Counted from the first letter of the stretch, positions 10,521 through 20,019 are shown. The stretch: 64,000 nucleotides of DNA from Candidatus Omnitrophota bacterium (GCA_043826565.1 JBDRPX010000038.1:70334-134333); one strand, 5' to 3'. Notes: generated from the letters alone by a model not told the origin. A program made the numbers and translations.

Positions 10521-12223
10521 CTGATTATGATCGCCTGGGTGAATTACTAATCCAGAAAAAGATTATAACTGAGGAGCAGCTTGAAAATGCATTAATCAGG
10601 CAGAAAAAGTCTAATTTAAGACTTGGCGAAGAGCTCATTCGCAGTGGGATGGTAAATGAGGAAAGTGTTTTATCTATTCTTGCGGAATCGATGAATATAC
10701 CGTTTATAAAATTAAGAGACGAAACAATAGACGAACAGCTTATTGAAAAGATTCCCGCCCGTTTTGTTACTCACTATAATTTCATGCCTTTACGTGAGGA
10801 TGGGGGAATTCTCGCTATTGCGATTAGTGACCCCCATGATTTATATACCATAGATGAGATAAGATTATTATTAAAACAGCCGTTGAAAATATTTTTGGCA
10901 ACTTCTTTAGAAATAAGTGAGGCGATAAAGAAATTTTATGGGGTGGGAGCCAAAACTATGGCCCAGATGTTTGAAGATTCCCAACAGCTGGAAATTATTC
11001 CTCAGAAAGAAAAAGACATTACCCAAGAAAGTGCCGATGGAACAGACGACCCTTCGGTAATAAATTTTATAGATCAGGTTATCCGCCAGGCAGTAAAGGA
11101 AAGAGCTACTGATATACATATTGAGCCTTATGAAGGTAATTTGCGTTTAAGGTATAGGATTGATGGTTTGCTTTACGATGTGCCTGTTCCTTCGACAATA
11201 CATCATTTTCAATCGGCAATTTTTATTAGGTTAAAAATTATGTCGGATTTGGATATTGCCGAAAAAAGATTACCGCAAGACGGCAGGATAAAAGTTAGGG
11301 TCGATGGTGAGTTTTATGATTTGAGAATTTCAATTTTGCCGACAAATTTCGGGGAAAGTATAGAAATAAGAATACTTTCCAGGAAACAGATATTTTTTAA
11401 TTTAGAACAACTAGGGCTGGATAAGATCGGCTTAGCTATCCTTAATAGCATGATAAAACGGCCGCATGGGATAATTCTGGTTACCGGGCCCACTGGCAGC
11501 GGAAAAACCACCACGTTGTATTCATGTTTAAACAAGATTAACGCTGCCGAAAGAAAGATTATAACGATTGAAGATCCTATAGAATACCAGCTTCAGGGAG
11601 TTACGCAAGTACAGGTTAGGCCTAAGATCAATCTTACCTTTGCGGATGGTTTGCGCTCTATGCTCAGACATGATCCGGATATCATGATGGTCGGAGAAAT
11701 TCGTGATTTAGAAACAGCAGAGTTGGCCATAAGAACGGCCTTGACCGGTCATTTGGTGTTCAGTACTTTGCATACTAATGATGCTCCGGGAGCGGTTGCC
11801 CGTTTATTGGATATGGGAATTGAGCCATATTTGGTAGCATCTTCACTTGATTGTGTGATTGCTCAGCGTTTGGTGCGTTTGGTATGTCCGCATTGCAAAG
11901 AAAAAATCAAGCTTCATGAAGAGTTGCTTAGGGAATTTGGAATAAGCACGGAAAAACTCATTGCCCAGGAGTTCTGCCAAGGACGTGGATGTGAAAAATG
12001 TAACTTCACCGGGTATCATGGCCGTACGGCTATTTTTGAAGTGCTTAATATCGATGATTCCATTAAAGAAATGATCCTTAATCGTATCCCGACTAATACA
12101 ATTAAACAAAAAGCTATTGAAAATAAATTAAAAACACTTAGACAGTCAGGATGGGAAAAAGTGATTGCCGGATTGACAACTCCTGAGGAAGTAATTCGTG
12201 TAACGCAGGAAGATACTATATAA
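10517..12223 (+). CDS. gspE: GspE/PilB-type secretion or pilus assembly ATPase with N-terminal MshEN-like domain
   Basis: RLGELL repeats, TDIHIEP, RLPQDGR, GPTGSGKTTT, LRHDPD, tetra-Cys motif. Confidence 0.92.
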   Translation: MTDYDRLGELLIQKKIITEEQLENALIRQKKSNLRLGEELIRSGMVNEESVLSILAESMNIPFIKLRDETIDEQLIEKIPARFVTHYNFMPLREDGGILAIAISDPHDLYTIDEIRLLLKQPLKIFLATSLEISEAIKKFYGVGAKTMAQMFEDSQQLEIIPQKEKDITQESADGTDDPSVINFIDQVIRQAVKERATDIHIEPYEGNLRLRYRIDGLLYDVPVPSTIHHFQSAIFIRLKIMSDLDIAEKRLPQDGRIKVRVDGEFYDLRISILPTNFGESIEIRILSRKQIFFNLEQLGLDKIGLAILNSMIKRPHGIILVTGPTGSGKTTTLYSCLNKINAAERKIITIEDPIEYQLQGVTQVQVRPKINLTFADGLRSMLRHDPDIMMVGEIRDLETAELAIRTALTGHLVFSTLHTNDAPGAVARLLDMGIEPYLVASSLDCVIAQRLVRLVCPHCKEKIKLHEELLREFGISTEKLIAQEFCQGRGCEKCNFTGYHGRTAIFEVLNIDDSIKEMILNRIPTNTIKQKAIENKLKTLRQSGWEKVIAGLTTPEEVIRVTQEDTI

Positions 12224-12256
12224 AAAATCCTGTTCAGGCAGGAAGAAGGAACTATA

Positions 12257-13462
12257 ATGCCTGTTTTTATCTACAAAGCTAAAGTTAAGCCAAATGTTTT
12301 TAAAACAGGAACTATTGAAGCTGATAGTGAAAAATCCGCCGTAAATAAATTATTACAGTTAAATTACCACCCCATTTCGATAACCCTTGAAGCCGGAAGA
12401 AAATTTAAAAAACACAATTTTTTTCAGAATTTGACCGGAAAGGAAACATATATATTTCTGCGACAATTGTCAAATCTAATCCAGGCGGGGCTTCCGCTGG
12501 TAAAAGCATTGCAAAATATCAGCGTGCAAAGCAGCAACATTAAATTAAGAGTTATCGTGCAGTCGTTGAAAGAAAAAGTCCAAAAAGGAAAAACTTTATC
12601 CGAGGCATTGTCGGATTTTTCGAATTTGTTCAGTTCTCTGGAAATAAGTATGATTAAGGCGGGAGAAGCCAGTGGAACGCTTTCTGAAGTTATTGGAAAA
12701 CTTGCGGATTTAAAAGAAAATGAAATTGCTTTTTCATCAAAAATCAGATCGGCTTTGGCTTATCCGGTCCTTTTATTAGTTGTCGGATTATTAACATTAT
12801 TCATATTAACTACTTTTGTGCTGCCCAAATTCATTGTCCTCTTTCAAGATCTGGGACAGGAACTGCCGTTAATAACCCAAATTTTGATTGCGGTAAGTCT
12901 CTTTTGTAAAAACTGGTGGACAGTTATTATTGCGGTAGGTATATTTGTGGGATTCTCATTAACCGGCTATTTTAAAACGGCCGGTGGAAAACTATGGCTT
13001 GATGCTCTACAGCTGAAGACCCCGATATTAAAGGATGTCGTAACAAAAGTCCAGATTAGCCGATTTTCCCGGACCTTAGGAAGTTTAATAGAGCATGGGG
13101 TGCCTATTCTTAGTTCTCTCCAGGTTGTCGGGGAAATTGCTAGTAATAAGGTTTTTGCTTTGGAGATAAAACGGATACATTCTCAGGTTGCTAAAGGGAA
13201 AAGTATCAGTGAATGCTTGAGAGGGAGCAATATTTTTGATAAAAATACTTTAGATTTAATCTCAGTTGGCGAAGAAGGAGGGCAATTAGAAGAAATGCTT
13301 TTGCGTATAGCAAAGATGAACGAGAGTGAGTCAGCACAAAAGATTGAATCTTTGGTATTTATGCTTGAACCTACATTAATACTAATTCTTGGCGGAGTAG
13401 TTGCGCTTATTGTTGTAGCAATTTTAATGCCGATTTTTCAGATGAATATTTTAATACAATAA
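12257..13462 (+). CDS. gspF: GspF/PilC inner-membrane platform protein
   Basis: AGLPL, GEASG, ALAYP, FVLPKF, LPLIT, GEEGG, LEP. Confidence 0.92.
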   Translation: MPVFIYKAKVKPNVFKTGTIEADSEKSAVNKLLQLNYHPISITLEAGRKFKKHNFFQNLTGKETYIFLRQLSNLIQAGLPLVKALQNISVQSSNIKLRVIVQSLKEKVQKGKTLSEALSDFSNLFSSLEISMIKAGEASGTLSEVIGKLADLKENEIAFSSKIRSALAYPVLLLVVGLLTLFILTTFVLPKFIVLFQDLGQELPLITQILIAVSLFCKNWWTVIIAVGIFVGFSLTGYFKTAGGKLWLDALQLKTPILKDVVTKVQISRFSRTLGSLIEHGVPILSSLQVVGEIASNKVFALEIKRIHSQVAKGKSISECLRGSNIFDKNTLDLISVGEEGGQLEEMLLRIAKMNESESAQKIESLVFMLEPTLILILGGVVALIVVAILMPIFQMNILIQ

Positions 13463-13485
13463 TATTATTTAATAAGGGGGGGCGA

Positions 13486-13929
13486 ATGCTAAGTGGAAAA
13501 ACAGGATTTACCCGGACAGAGGCAGGGTTTACTTTGATTGAATTAATGCTTGTTGTAATCATCATCGGAACATTGGCGGCGATAGTTATTCCGCGTTTTA
13601 CTGGTCGAGCTGAGCAGGCTCGTAATACCGCGGCAAAGGCTGATCTACTTTCTAACATACCGCTTGCTCTTGATTTATATGAATTGGATAATGGGAGTTT
13701 TCCTACTACTGAGCAGGGGTTGGCTTCACTTGTGCAAAAGCCAAACATTTCGCCTTTACCTAAAAACTGGAATGGCCCATATCTTAAAAAAAAGCCGGTA
13801 GACCCTTGGGGGCAGCAATATGTCTATGTTAGTCCGGGAGTGCATAATAAAGACGACTATGATCTGCATTCGCTGGGTAAAGACGGCGTTGCCGGAGGCG
13901 GGGATGACCTTACCAATTGGGAAGAATAA
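13486..13929 (+). CDS. gspG: Type II secretion major pseudopilin
   Basis: G|FTLIELM prepilin site; YELDNG.FPTTEQGL, WNGPYL, DPWG, SLGKDG. Confidence 0.93.
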   Translation: MLSGKTGFTRTEAGFTLIELMLVVIIIGTLAAIVIPRFTGRAEQARNTAAKADLLSNIPLALDLYELDNGSFPTTEQGLASLVQKPNISPLPKNWNGPYLKKKPVDPWGQQYVYVSPGVHNKDDYDLHSLGKDGVAGGGDDLTNWEE

Positions 13930-14398
13930 TCATGGATTTACATTAATTGAATTACTTGCGGTCATATTAATAATTTCTGTATTAATAAGCCTCAGTATTC
14001 CCACGATAACTAAAACAGCCAGAAAATTTTATTTTATTAATAAAATAAAAACAATAGCTTGCCTTTTTAAATATGTGCGTAATTTGGCGGTATTAGAACA
14101 GAGGGAGTATGAAGCGATTATTGATAGTGACGCTAACACCCTGGAAATTAAACGCCTTGATGAGAATGAATTTACGGAAAAAGAGTTTAAGGCGATCAAT
14201 GATTCTATTTTAAGAGCTCGCAATCTTCCGGATGGATTTTTTATTAAAATGGGAAATGATGATCTAAAGACCAAAGAGATATTCTTTTATCCAAACGGCA
14301 GCTTAACAAGCACAGATATCTATGTTTATGATAAAAAGAACCATGCCGCCCGGATTACGTTGACTGTTAGCGGGCAAATTGTCATGGAGTTTTTATGA
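13904..14398 (+). CDS. Minor pseudopilin (GspH/FimT-like)
   Basis: G|FTLIELL prepilin motif and IFFYPNGS; start placed at ATG 13904 after GGAGG. Confidence 0.85.
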   Translation: MTLPIGKNNHGFTLIELLAVILIISVLISLSIPTITKTARKFYFINKIKTIACLFKYVRNLAVLEQREYEAIIDSDANTLEIKRLDENEFTEKEFKAINDSILRARNLPDGFFIKMGNDDLKTKEIFFYPNGSLTSTDIYVYDKKNHAARITLTVSGQIVMEFL

Positions 14399-14757
14399 TT
14401 AAAAAAAAACCGGGGTTTATTTTATTAGAAGTGTTGGTATCTTTGGTTATATTGACTGCGGGTATCTTGGTTCTGATTAGGTCGTTATCCAATATAGTTA
14501 AGAGTAATACAATAATACAAACAAATACTGTTGCCGTTCTATTAGTCGATAATTTATTTACCCGAATTGATTCTGATGAAAAAATTGATGATGAAAATAG
14601 TATGGAAATATTAGGTAAGCAATTTTTTTGGCAGCAGCAGACAACAACCATAAAAGATGATCTTAAAAAAATGATGCTCACTGTTTCTACGGGGGAAAAC
14701 AGCCGGGGAATCAAAACTATTTTTAGCAGCACTTTTATAGACACAGAAGATCAGTAA
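14395..14757 (+). CDS. Minor pseudopilin (GspI/PilV-like)
   Basis: G|FILLEVLVSL prepilin motif; position after the gspH-like gene. Confidence 0.8.
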   Translation: MIKKKPGFILLEVLVSLVILTAGILVLIRSLSNIVKSNTIIQTNTVAVLLVDNLFTRIDSDEKIDDENSMEILGKQFFWQQQTTTIKDDLKKMMLTVSTGENSRGIKTIFSSTFIDTEDQ

Positions 14758-14774
14758 ATTAAATTTTAAGCGGA

Positions 14775-14803
14775 TTGACATTTTTAGAGAGTAGATATAA
14801 ACT
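14775..14803 (+). promoter_or_regulatory. Sigma70-type promoter for the FIST operon
   Basis: TTGACA-N17-TAAACT; ATG lies 10 nt past the -10 element. Confidence 0.7.
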
Positions 14804-14812
14804 ATTAATACT

Positions 14813-16003
14813 ATGACGATTTCAGTAGGGATTGGGAAAAGCAAGGAGATTGATTCATTTGCCGCCGGAGCTTTGGCAGTTGCCGAAGCTCTTGATATGA
14901 TGGGCAGCAATGATCCGGATATATTATTTTGCTTTGCTTCATCCAGGTTTGAGCATTTTGAACTTATTCGCGGTGTGAAAAGTACGGTATCTTCAGCACC
15001 GCTTATCGGCTGTACAACAGCAGGCGAAATAACATCTAAAGGACCGGATACAAAGTCAGTTGTTATTTTAGCGCTAAAATCTGATAATCTTCATGCGGCG
15101 ATTGGAATAGGTAAGAATATTAGCAAACAATCCCGAACTGCGGGACAAGAAGTAGCCCGGGACACAGTTATTAAAACAAGGCGGGGAGCAATACGTCATG
15201 CTTTTATGATGTTTCCGGATGGGTTAAAAGGTAATAGCGCTGATATTATTAGAGGTGTTCAGGAGGTCCTGGGAACTAGTTTCCCGATTGTCGGTGGAGC
15301 CGCGGCAGATGATTTTCTCTTTCAAAAGACTTATCAGTATTATGATGACGGCGTGTTTGATGATAGTGTCGGAGGTGTTTTATTCTCCGGGGATATTAGT
15401 TTCGGTATTGGAGCGCGTCATGGCTGGTATCCTTTGGGAAAACCAAGGATTGTAACTGCTGCCGAGCATAATATAATCAAAAAACTTGATGGAAAGCCGG
15501 CGGCGAGGATTTATGAGGATTATTTTGGGAAGCGTGTGGCTGATTTGCAAAACGAACCGATGGCCCGGATGTCAGTCATGTATCCTTTGGGTATGAGTAT
15601 TCCCGGCGAGGAAGAGTGTATTGTTAGAAATGCTTTAAGAGTTGATGCGGAGGGATCTTTGATTTGCGCTGGTGAAGTCCCCAAGGGCTCTGAGATCAGG
15701 GTAATGATGGGATCAAAGGAAACCGCATTAAAAGCAGCAAAAAAAGCGTCTCAAATAGCCTTGGGTGCTTTACGTAAATCCAAGGCCGAAGTGGTGTTTG
15801 TTTTTGATTCTGTATCCCGGGGAAGGTTGTTTGGAAGAAATGCTTCTCAGGAGATTGATGTAGTTAAGGAAATTTTCGGAGTAAATACCCCGATAATCGG
15901 GTTTTATACTTATGGGGAACAAGCTCCGTTGGGTGCGACGATTAATTTGGGGCAGACATTTTTTCATAATGAAACAATTGTTGTTTTTGCATTAGGAGAG
16001 TAA
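14813..16003 (+). CDS. FIST N/C domain signal-sensing protein (NosP-like)
   Basis: LIGCTTAGEI, PIVGGAAAD, HGWYPLG, LDGKPA, GFYTYGEQ, FHNET. Confidence 0.9.
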   Translation: MTISVGIGKSKEIDSFAAGALAVAEALDMMGSNDPDILFCFASSRFEHFELIRGVKSTVSSAPLIGCTTAGEITSKGPDTKSVVILALKSDNLHAAIGIGKNISKQSRTAGQEVARDTVIKTRRGAIRHAFMMFPDGLKGNSADIIRGVQEVLGTSFPIVGGAAADDFLFQKTYQYYDDGVFDDSVGGVLFSGDISFGIGARHGWYPLGKPRIVTAAEHNIIKKLDGKPAARIYEDYFGKRVADLQNEPMARMSVMYPLGMSIPGEEECIVRNALRVDAEGSLICAGEVPKGSEIRVMMGSKETALKAAKKASQIALGALRKSKAEVVFVFDSVSRGRLFGRNASQEIDVVKEIFGVNTPIIGFYTYGEQAPLGATINLGQTFFHNETIVVFALGE

Positions 16004-16008
16004 AGTTT

Positions 16009-17589
16009 GTGAAAATCAATATTTGGTTAATACTGATAATCGGGGCTGCTGTACTTAGCGTAGTGGTTATTGTTGATAGCATGGTTGCTAAGCTAATGGG
16101 CGGGTTTATACTTTTGGTATTATTAGCATATCTGGCGGAACTTTCCCGAGAGGAAAGAGAGCAGATCTATAAAATGCAGCGTGCTTTGGATAAATTAAGA
16201 AATGCATATAGTGAACTGGATGAACAGGCAAAAATTATTATTCGCACTGACTTAGAACTAAATCGCACACAAGAAGAGCTGGATAAGAAAATTAACGGTT
16301 TATATACGCTGCATGAACTTGGAAAACTAATGAGTTCCGCGCTTGATGTTCAAAAGCTTTTTGCCCAGATAACTGAACCGCTTATTCTTAAACTTGGGTT
16401 TGAGAAAACTATTATATTTCTTAACGAAGGTATTCCTCCTAAAGCCGAATGTAAGGCTTGTATCGGACTTAGCCATTCCCGCATTGAGGAGCTTAAGCAG
16501 GAGCATCTAAAAAGCGAGTTCCTTAAAGGGGTTTTTGAAAGCGGTAGTTCTATTCTTGTTAAAAGCCGGGAGTCGGCAAACCCGGAAGAACGCATATGGC
16601 TTAAATTCTTTGATGTTTCTTCATTTGTAATTGTTCCGATTGTTATAAAAGAGCAGGTGGAAGGGTATATCTTCGTCGGGAACAATAATCCTTATGTGCA
16701 TATTTCCGAGGGTGATATTGATTTAATGTTTATTTTATCAAATCAGGTTGCCGTTGCTTTGGAAAATGCCCGTCTTTATGAAGAATTAAAACGCTCTCAT
16801 GATGAGCTGGAAATTCGCGTGGAAGAAAGAACCCGTGAATTGGCGGAAGCGAATACTAAACTTGTAAAACTTGACAAGATGAAGTCTGACTTTGTGTCTG
16901 CTGTTTCGCATGAATTACGTACTCCGCTTACTTCCATAAAAGGATATGCGGCAATTCTTGGTGCCGGCCGGCTGGGGGATGTCTCAGATGTACAAAAAGA
17001 AAAATTAAATAAAATCAATGTGCATAGTGATGAATTGATTAAGCTGGTAAATGATCTTTTAGATATCGCGCGGATAGAATCCGGCAAAATCGGCATGAGT
17101 ATTAAACATTCATCATTAACTGATATAATTAAGAGTGTGGCTGACTTATTCTTTCCTCAGACTGATGAAAAGAATATTAATTTAGTGCTCAATATGCCGG
17201 AGGAAGCATTATTGGTTTGGATGGATCCGAGCCAAATATCCCGTGTTTTTATAAATTTAATTGGTAATGCATTGAAATTCACGCCTCAAGGCGGTGAAAT
17301 AGCCATACGTGTTTTACCGGGTGATGATTTTATAACTGTTGAAGTTGCCGACTCAGGTATCGGGATAAGTAGAGAAGATTTAGCCCGGGTTTTTGATGAG
17401 TTTTATCGGGTTGACAACGCAATTAATGTTGAGAAAAAAGGAACTGGTTTAGGTTTGCCGCTGGTCAGTAAAATTGTGGCTGCACATAAAGGAAAAATCT
17501 GGGTTTCAAGTGAACTGGGTAAGGGGACAACATTTCATTTTACGTTATCCACTAATAAGGTGGAAGATTCACAGATAAATGTTGCTTGA
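16009..17589 (+). CDS. Membrane sensor histidine kinase (2 TM, coiled coil, GAF, HisKA, HATPase)
   Basis: SHELRTPLT H-box, NLIGNALKF, DSGIGI, GTGLGL; GAF-terminal ALENARLY. Confidence 0.93.
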   Translation: MKINIWLILIIGAAVLSVVVIVDSMVAKLMGGFILLVLLAYLAELSREEREQIYKMQRALDKLRNAYSELDEQAKIIIRTDLELNRTQEELDKKINGLYTLHELGKLMSSALDVQKLFAQITEPLILKLGFEKTIIFLNEGIPPKAECKACIGLSHSRIEELKQEHLKSEFLKGVFESGSSILVKSRESANPEERIWLKFFDVSSFVIVPIVIKEQVEGYIFVGNNNPYVHISEGDIDLMFILSNQVAVALENARLYEELKRSHDELEIRVEERTRELAEANTKLVKLDKMKSDFVSAVSHELRTPLTSIKGYAAILGAGRLGDVSDVQKEKLNKINVHSDELIKLVNDLLDIARIESGKIGMSIKHSSLTDIIKSVADLFFPQTDEKNINLVLNMPEEALLVWMDPSQISRVFINLIGNALKFTPQGGEIAIRVLPGDDFITVEVADSGIGISREDLARVFDEFYRVDNAINVEKKGTGLGLPLVSKIVAAHKGKIWVSSELGKGTTFHFTLSTNKVEDSQINVA

Positions 17590-18536
17590 AAGGAAAAATG
17601 AGGAAGCAGAAAATTCTTATTGTTGATGATGAGCCGGATATTCGTGATGTGTTAAAGATTACGCTTGAGTGCGAAGGATATGATGTCGTTGAATCTACCG
17701 ATGGGATAGACGGTCTTTCCAAAGTGCATAAAGCAGCTCCGGATCTTGTAATTTTGGATAATAAGATGCCGAAGATGACCGGGCAAGAAGTGTGTGAGAT
17801 ATTAAAAAAAGATATCCTTCTGAGGCATATGCCGATTATTATGCTGACCGGAAAAGGAGAGATCCAGGATAAAATTAAAGGAATTGACGCCGGAGCAGAT
17901 GATTATATAGTAAAGCCGTTTGAGCCGCAAGAGCTGGTTGCGAGAATAAAAATGATTTTACGTAGAAGTTCACGAGATTTGGATGCTAATCCGTTAAGTC
18001 GTTTGCCGGGAAATGCGACAATCTTAAGTGAATTGGAAGATGCGATAAAAAGTAATAAACCCTTTGCCATATGCTATCTGGATCTTGACAAATTTAAATC
18101 TTTTAACGATACTTATGGATTTGAACATGGAGATGAGGTTATCCGGGAAACCGCCAGAATTATTCTCATGACAGTTATCGAAATGGGGAACAAAGAGGAC
18201 TTTGTCGGACATATCGGTGGTGATGATTTTGTTGTACTTACTACTTTGGATAAAGCAGAGCCTATTTGTAAAAAAATAATTGAGGCTTTCGACAAAGTTG
18301 CTCCGGCTTTTTATAATTTAGAGGACCGGCAGCGAAAATATATTCTGGCTAAAGATCGGAAGGGGAATGCGGAAAAGATTCCGCTGATTTCAATCTCGAT
18401 AGGAATTGTAACGAATGAGTTTCGGACGATTACCCATGTGGCGGAAATTGGCGAAATCGGAGCGGATTTAAAGAAACTGGCAAAGGCAACTCCGGAAAGC
18501 AATTATGTCCGAGACAGCCGTAAAACTGAAGCATAA
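17586..18536 (+). CDS. Response regulator with GGDEF domain (REC-diguanylate cyclase)
   Basis: LIVDDE, ILDNKMP, KPF; DLDKFKSFNDTYG..GD and GHIGGDDF. Confidence 0.92.
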   Translation: MKGKMRKQKILIVDDEPDIRDVLKITLECEGYDVVESTDGIDGLSKVHKAAPDLVILDNKMPKMTGQEVCEILKKDILLRHMPIIMLTGKGEIQDKIKGIDAGADDYIVKPFEPQELVARIKMILRRSSRDLDANPLSRLPGNATILSELEDAIKSNKPFAICYLDLDKFKSFNDTYGFEHGDEVIRETARIILMTVIEMGNKEDFVGHIGGDDFVVLTTLDKAEPICKKIIEAFDKVAPAFYNLEDRQRKYILAKDRKGNAEKIPLISISIGIVTNEFRTITHVAEIGEIGADLKKLAKATPESNYVRDSRKTEA

Positions 18537-18544
18537 AATATCCA

Positions 18545-18715
18545 ATGTCTAAAAAACCTCCTAAACCAACAGACCATGATTTTTGGTTTATTAATAATGT
18601 CCGCCACAGTAATTCAATAAATAAACTTAATAAGCGACAAGAGCGTATCCTGAAAAAAGTTCGTTTGTGGGAAAAATACCATGGAGCTTTAGATCAAAAA
18701 GAGTGGAAATTCTGA
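18545..18715 (+). CDS. Candidate 56-aa basic small protein
   Basis: ORF MSKKPPKPTDHDFWF...EWKF* starting 8 nt after the upstream stop; below the ORF-track cutoff. Confidence 0.45.
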   Translation: MSKKPPKPTDHDFWFINNVRHSNSINKLNKRQERILKKVRLWEKYHGALDQKEWKF

Positions 18716-18751
18716 TGCTGAATATAAGTACTTATCCTTATAAAATGTTTT

Positions 18752-18760
18752 TGGTATAAT
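18752..18760 (+). promoter_or_regulatory. Extended -10 promoter, likely leaderless transcript
   Basis: TGGTATAAT, 6 nt upstream of ATG 18767; no SD. Confidence 0.55.
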
Positions 18761-18766
18761 AATTTT

Positions 18767-19126
18767 ATGCGATTAAATAGAATACAACTAATTTCAGTTC
18801 TCCTAATTCCCGTCCTTTGTGCGGCATTTATTGTCTTTATGTCGGCTTATGAAAAAAAGAATTCTGAAGTTCTTACTTTGCAGATGCAGATACTTAAAGC
18901 AGACCTGGATAATCTATCCCAAAAGATTGAGACAGATAACCGGCAGCTGACAAAAATGAAAGAGCGTCTTGTTCATTCAAAATTACTGAGAATGGACTAT
19001 CGAAAGTACACTGAATTACAGGATAAATATGTGGACCTGCAGGGAATTTCTAAGAACGATTTTGACCGGTATTCTCAGCTTTTGAATAAATACACTGATA
19101 TTGTTTTGAAACTGAAAAGAAAATAA
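18767..19126 (+). CDS. Hypothetical protein, N-terminal TM plus coiled coil
   Basis: Hydrophobic N-terminus and heptad-rich remainder. Confidence 0.7.
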   Translation: MRLNRIQLISVLLIPVLCAAFIVFMSAYEKKNSEVLTLQMQILKADLDNLSQKIETDNRQLTKMKERLVHSKLLRMDYRKYTELQDKYVDLQGISKNDFDRYSQLLNKYTDIVLKLKRK

Positions 19127-19204
19127 AGAATAAGGTTGACAAAAATAATTGACTTTTTTATGAAATAACAGAATATATTTGGAGAAAATTTAAATCACAA
19201 TGGT

Positions 19205-19230
19205 GTAGGGACAGCCCTTGCGGCTGTCCG
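19205..19230 (+). repeat. REP-like palindrome (GTAG type), copy 1
   Basis: GTAGGGACAGCCCTTGCGGCTGTCCG with internal stem GGACAGCC/GGCTGTCC. Confidence 0.85.
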
Positions 19231-19390
19231 TATAGAATTATCAGTAATTGGACAAATAATAGAAAAACAATTAAAGAACCTACCTGTGGAATACAAAAAT
19301 ATAAAATTAGACACATATACAATCATGCCAAATCATATCCATAAGATATTGGTTATTCATGATGATGATATATTGATCCTGACATTGAAC

Positions 19391-19416
19391 CGGACAGCCG
19401 CAAGGGCTGTCCCTAC
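19391..19416 (-). repeat. REP-like palindrome, copy 2 (exact inverted copy)
   Basis: CGGACAGCCGCAAGGGCTGTCCCTAC is the exact reverse complement of 19205-19230. Confidence 0.85.
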
Positions 19417-19570
19417 GATATCAGATATTATTGGTTCATTAAAATCGAAAATATCTGTGGAATATATTCGGCACATAAAAAATAACGATTTGAAGGTATT
19501 AACGTGTTGAAAATAAAGATGTTGTGATATCTATATTCAAATTATCCTATTAAGAAATTAATTAGAACCA

Positions 19571-19599
19571 TTGACAATACAACCATTTGATTGTATACT
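19571..19599 (+). promoter_or_regulatory. TA promoter with overlapping operator palindrome
   Basis: TTGACA-N17-TATACT; ATACAA-N8-TTGTAT at 19577-19596. Confidence 0.75.
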
Positions 19600-19622
19600 T
19601 TAAATGAAGGGATGAAAGAAGA

Positions 19623-20018
19623 TTGAAGAAAATTGCTTGTTACTATTTTTTAACTGATTCTAACGCATCCCCTGTTGAGGATTTTGTTGATTCATTAAGT
19701 TACAAGGGACAAAGAAAATTTTTCACAAAGAAAGGTTTGATAGAGGAATTTGGACATAGACTTCTTCAGCCCCATGCTAAATATATAGGAAATGGAATAT
19801 TTGAGCTAAGATTTCGAGACGATGGGGATACCATCAGGGTTTTGTATTTTTTCTTTCACCAAGATCGAGCGATATTTACCAATGGATTTATTAAAAAGAC
19901 TGATAAAACACCCAAAAATGCATTAAAAATTGCAATTGAAAGAAAAAAGTTATATTTGAAGGAGCAAAAGGCAAAAAAGGTTATTTTTAAAGAGCAAAAA
20001 GGAAAGAAGGTAGAATGA
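19623..20018 (+). CDS. RelE/ParE-superfamily toxin (Gp49/HigB-like)
   Basis: SPVEDF, GIFELR, RVLYFF, NGFIKKTDKTP; toxin-first gene order. Confidence 0.85.
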   Translation: MKKIACYYFLTDSNASPVEDFVDSLSYKGQRKFFTKKGLIEEFGHRLLQPHAKYIGNGIFELRFRDDGDTIRVLYFFFHQDRAIFTNGFIKKTDKTPKNALKIAIERKKLYLKEQKAKKVIFKEQKGKKVE

Positions 20019-20019
20019 A

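Larger units (their letters stand above)
19169..19510 (+). pseudogene. RAYT/IS200-like Y1 (HUH) transposase fragment, N-terminal and central part
   Basis: Frame reads NIFG...VGTALAAVR..LSVIGQII...LDTYTIMPNHIH...RTAARAVPTISDIIGSLKS; no proper start and truncated. Confidence 0.8.
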
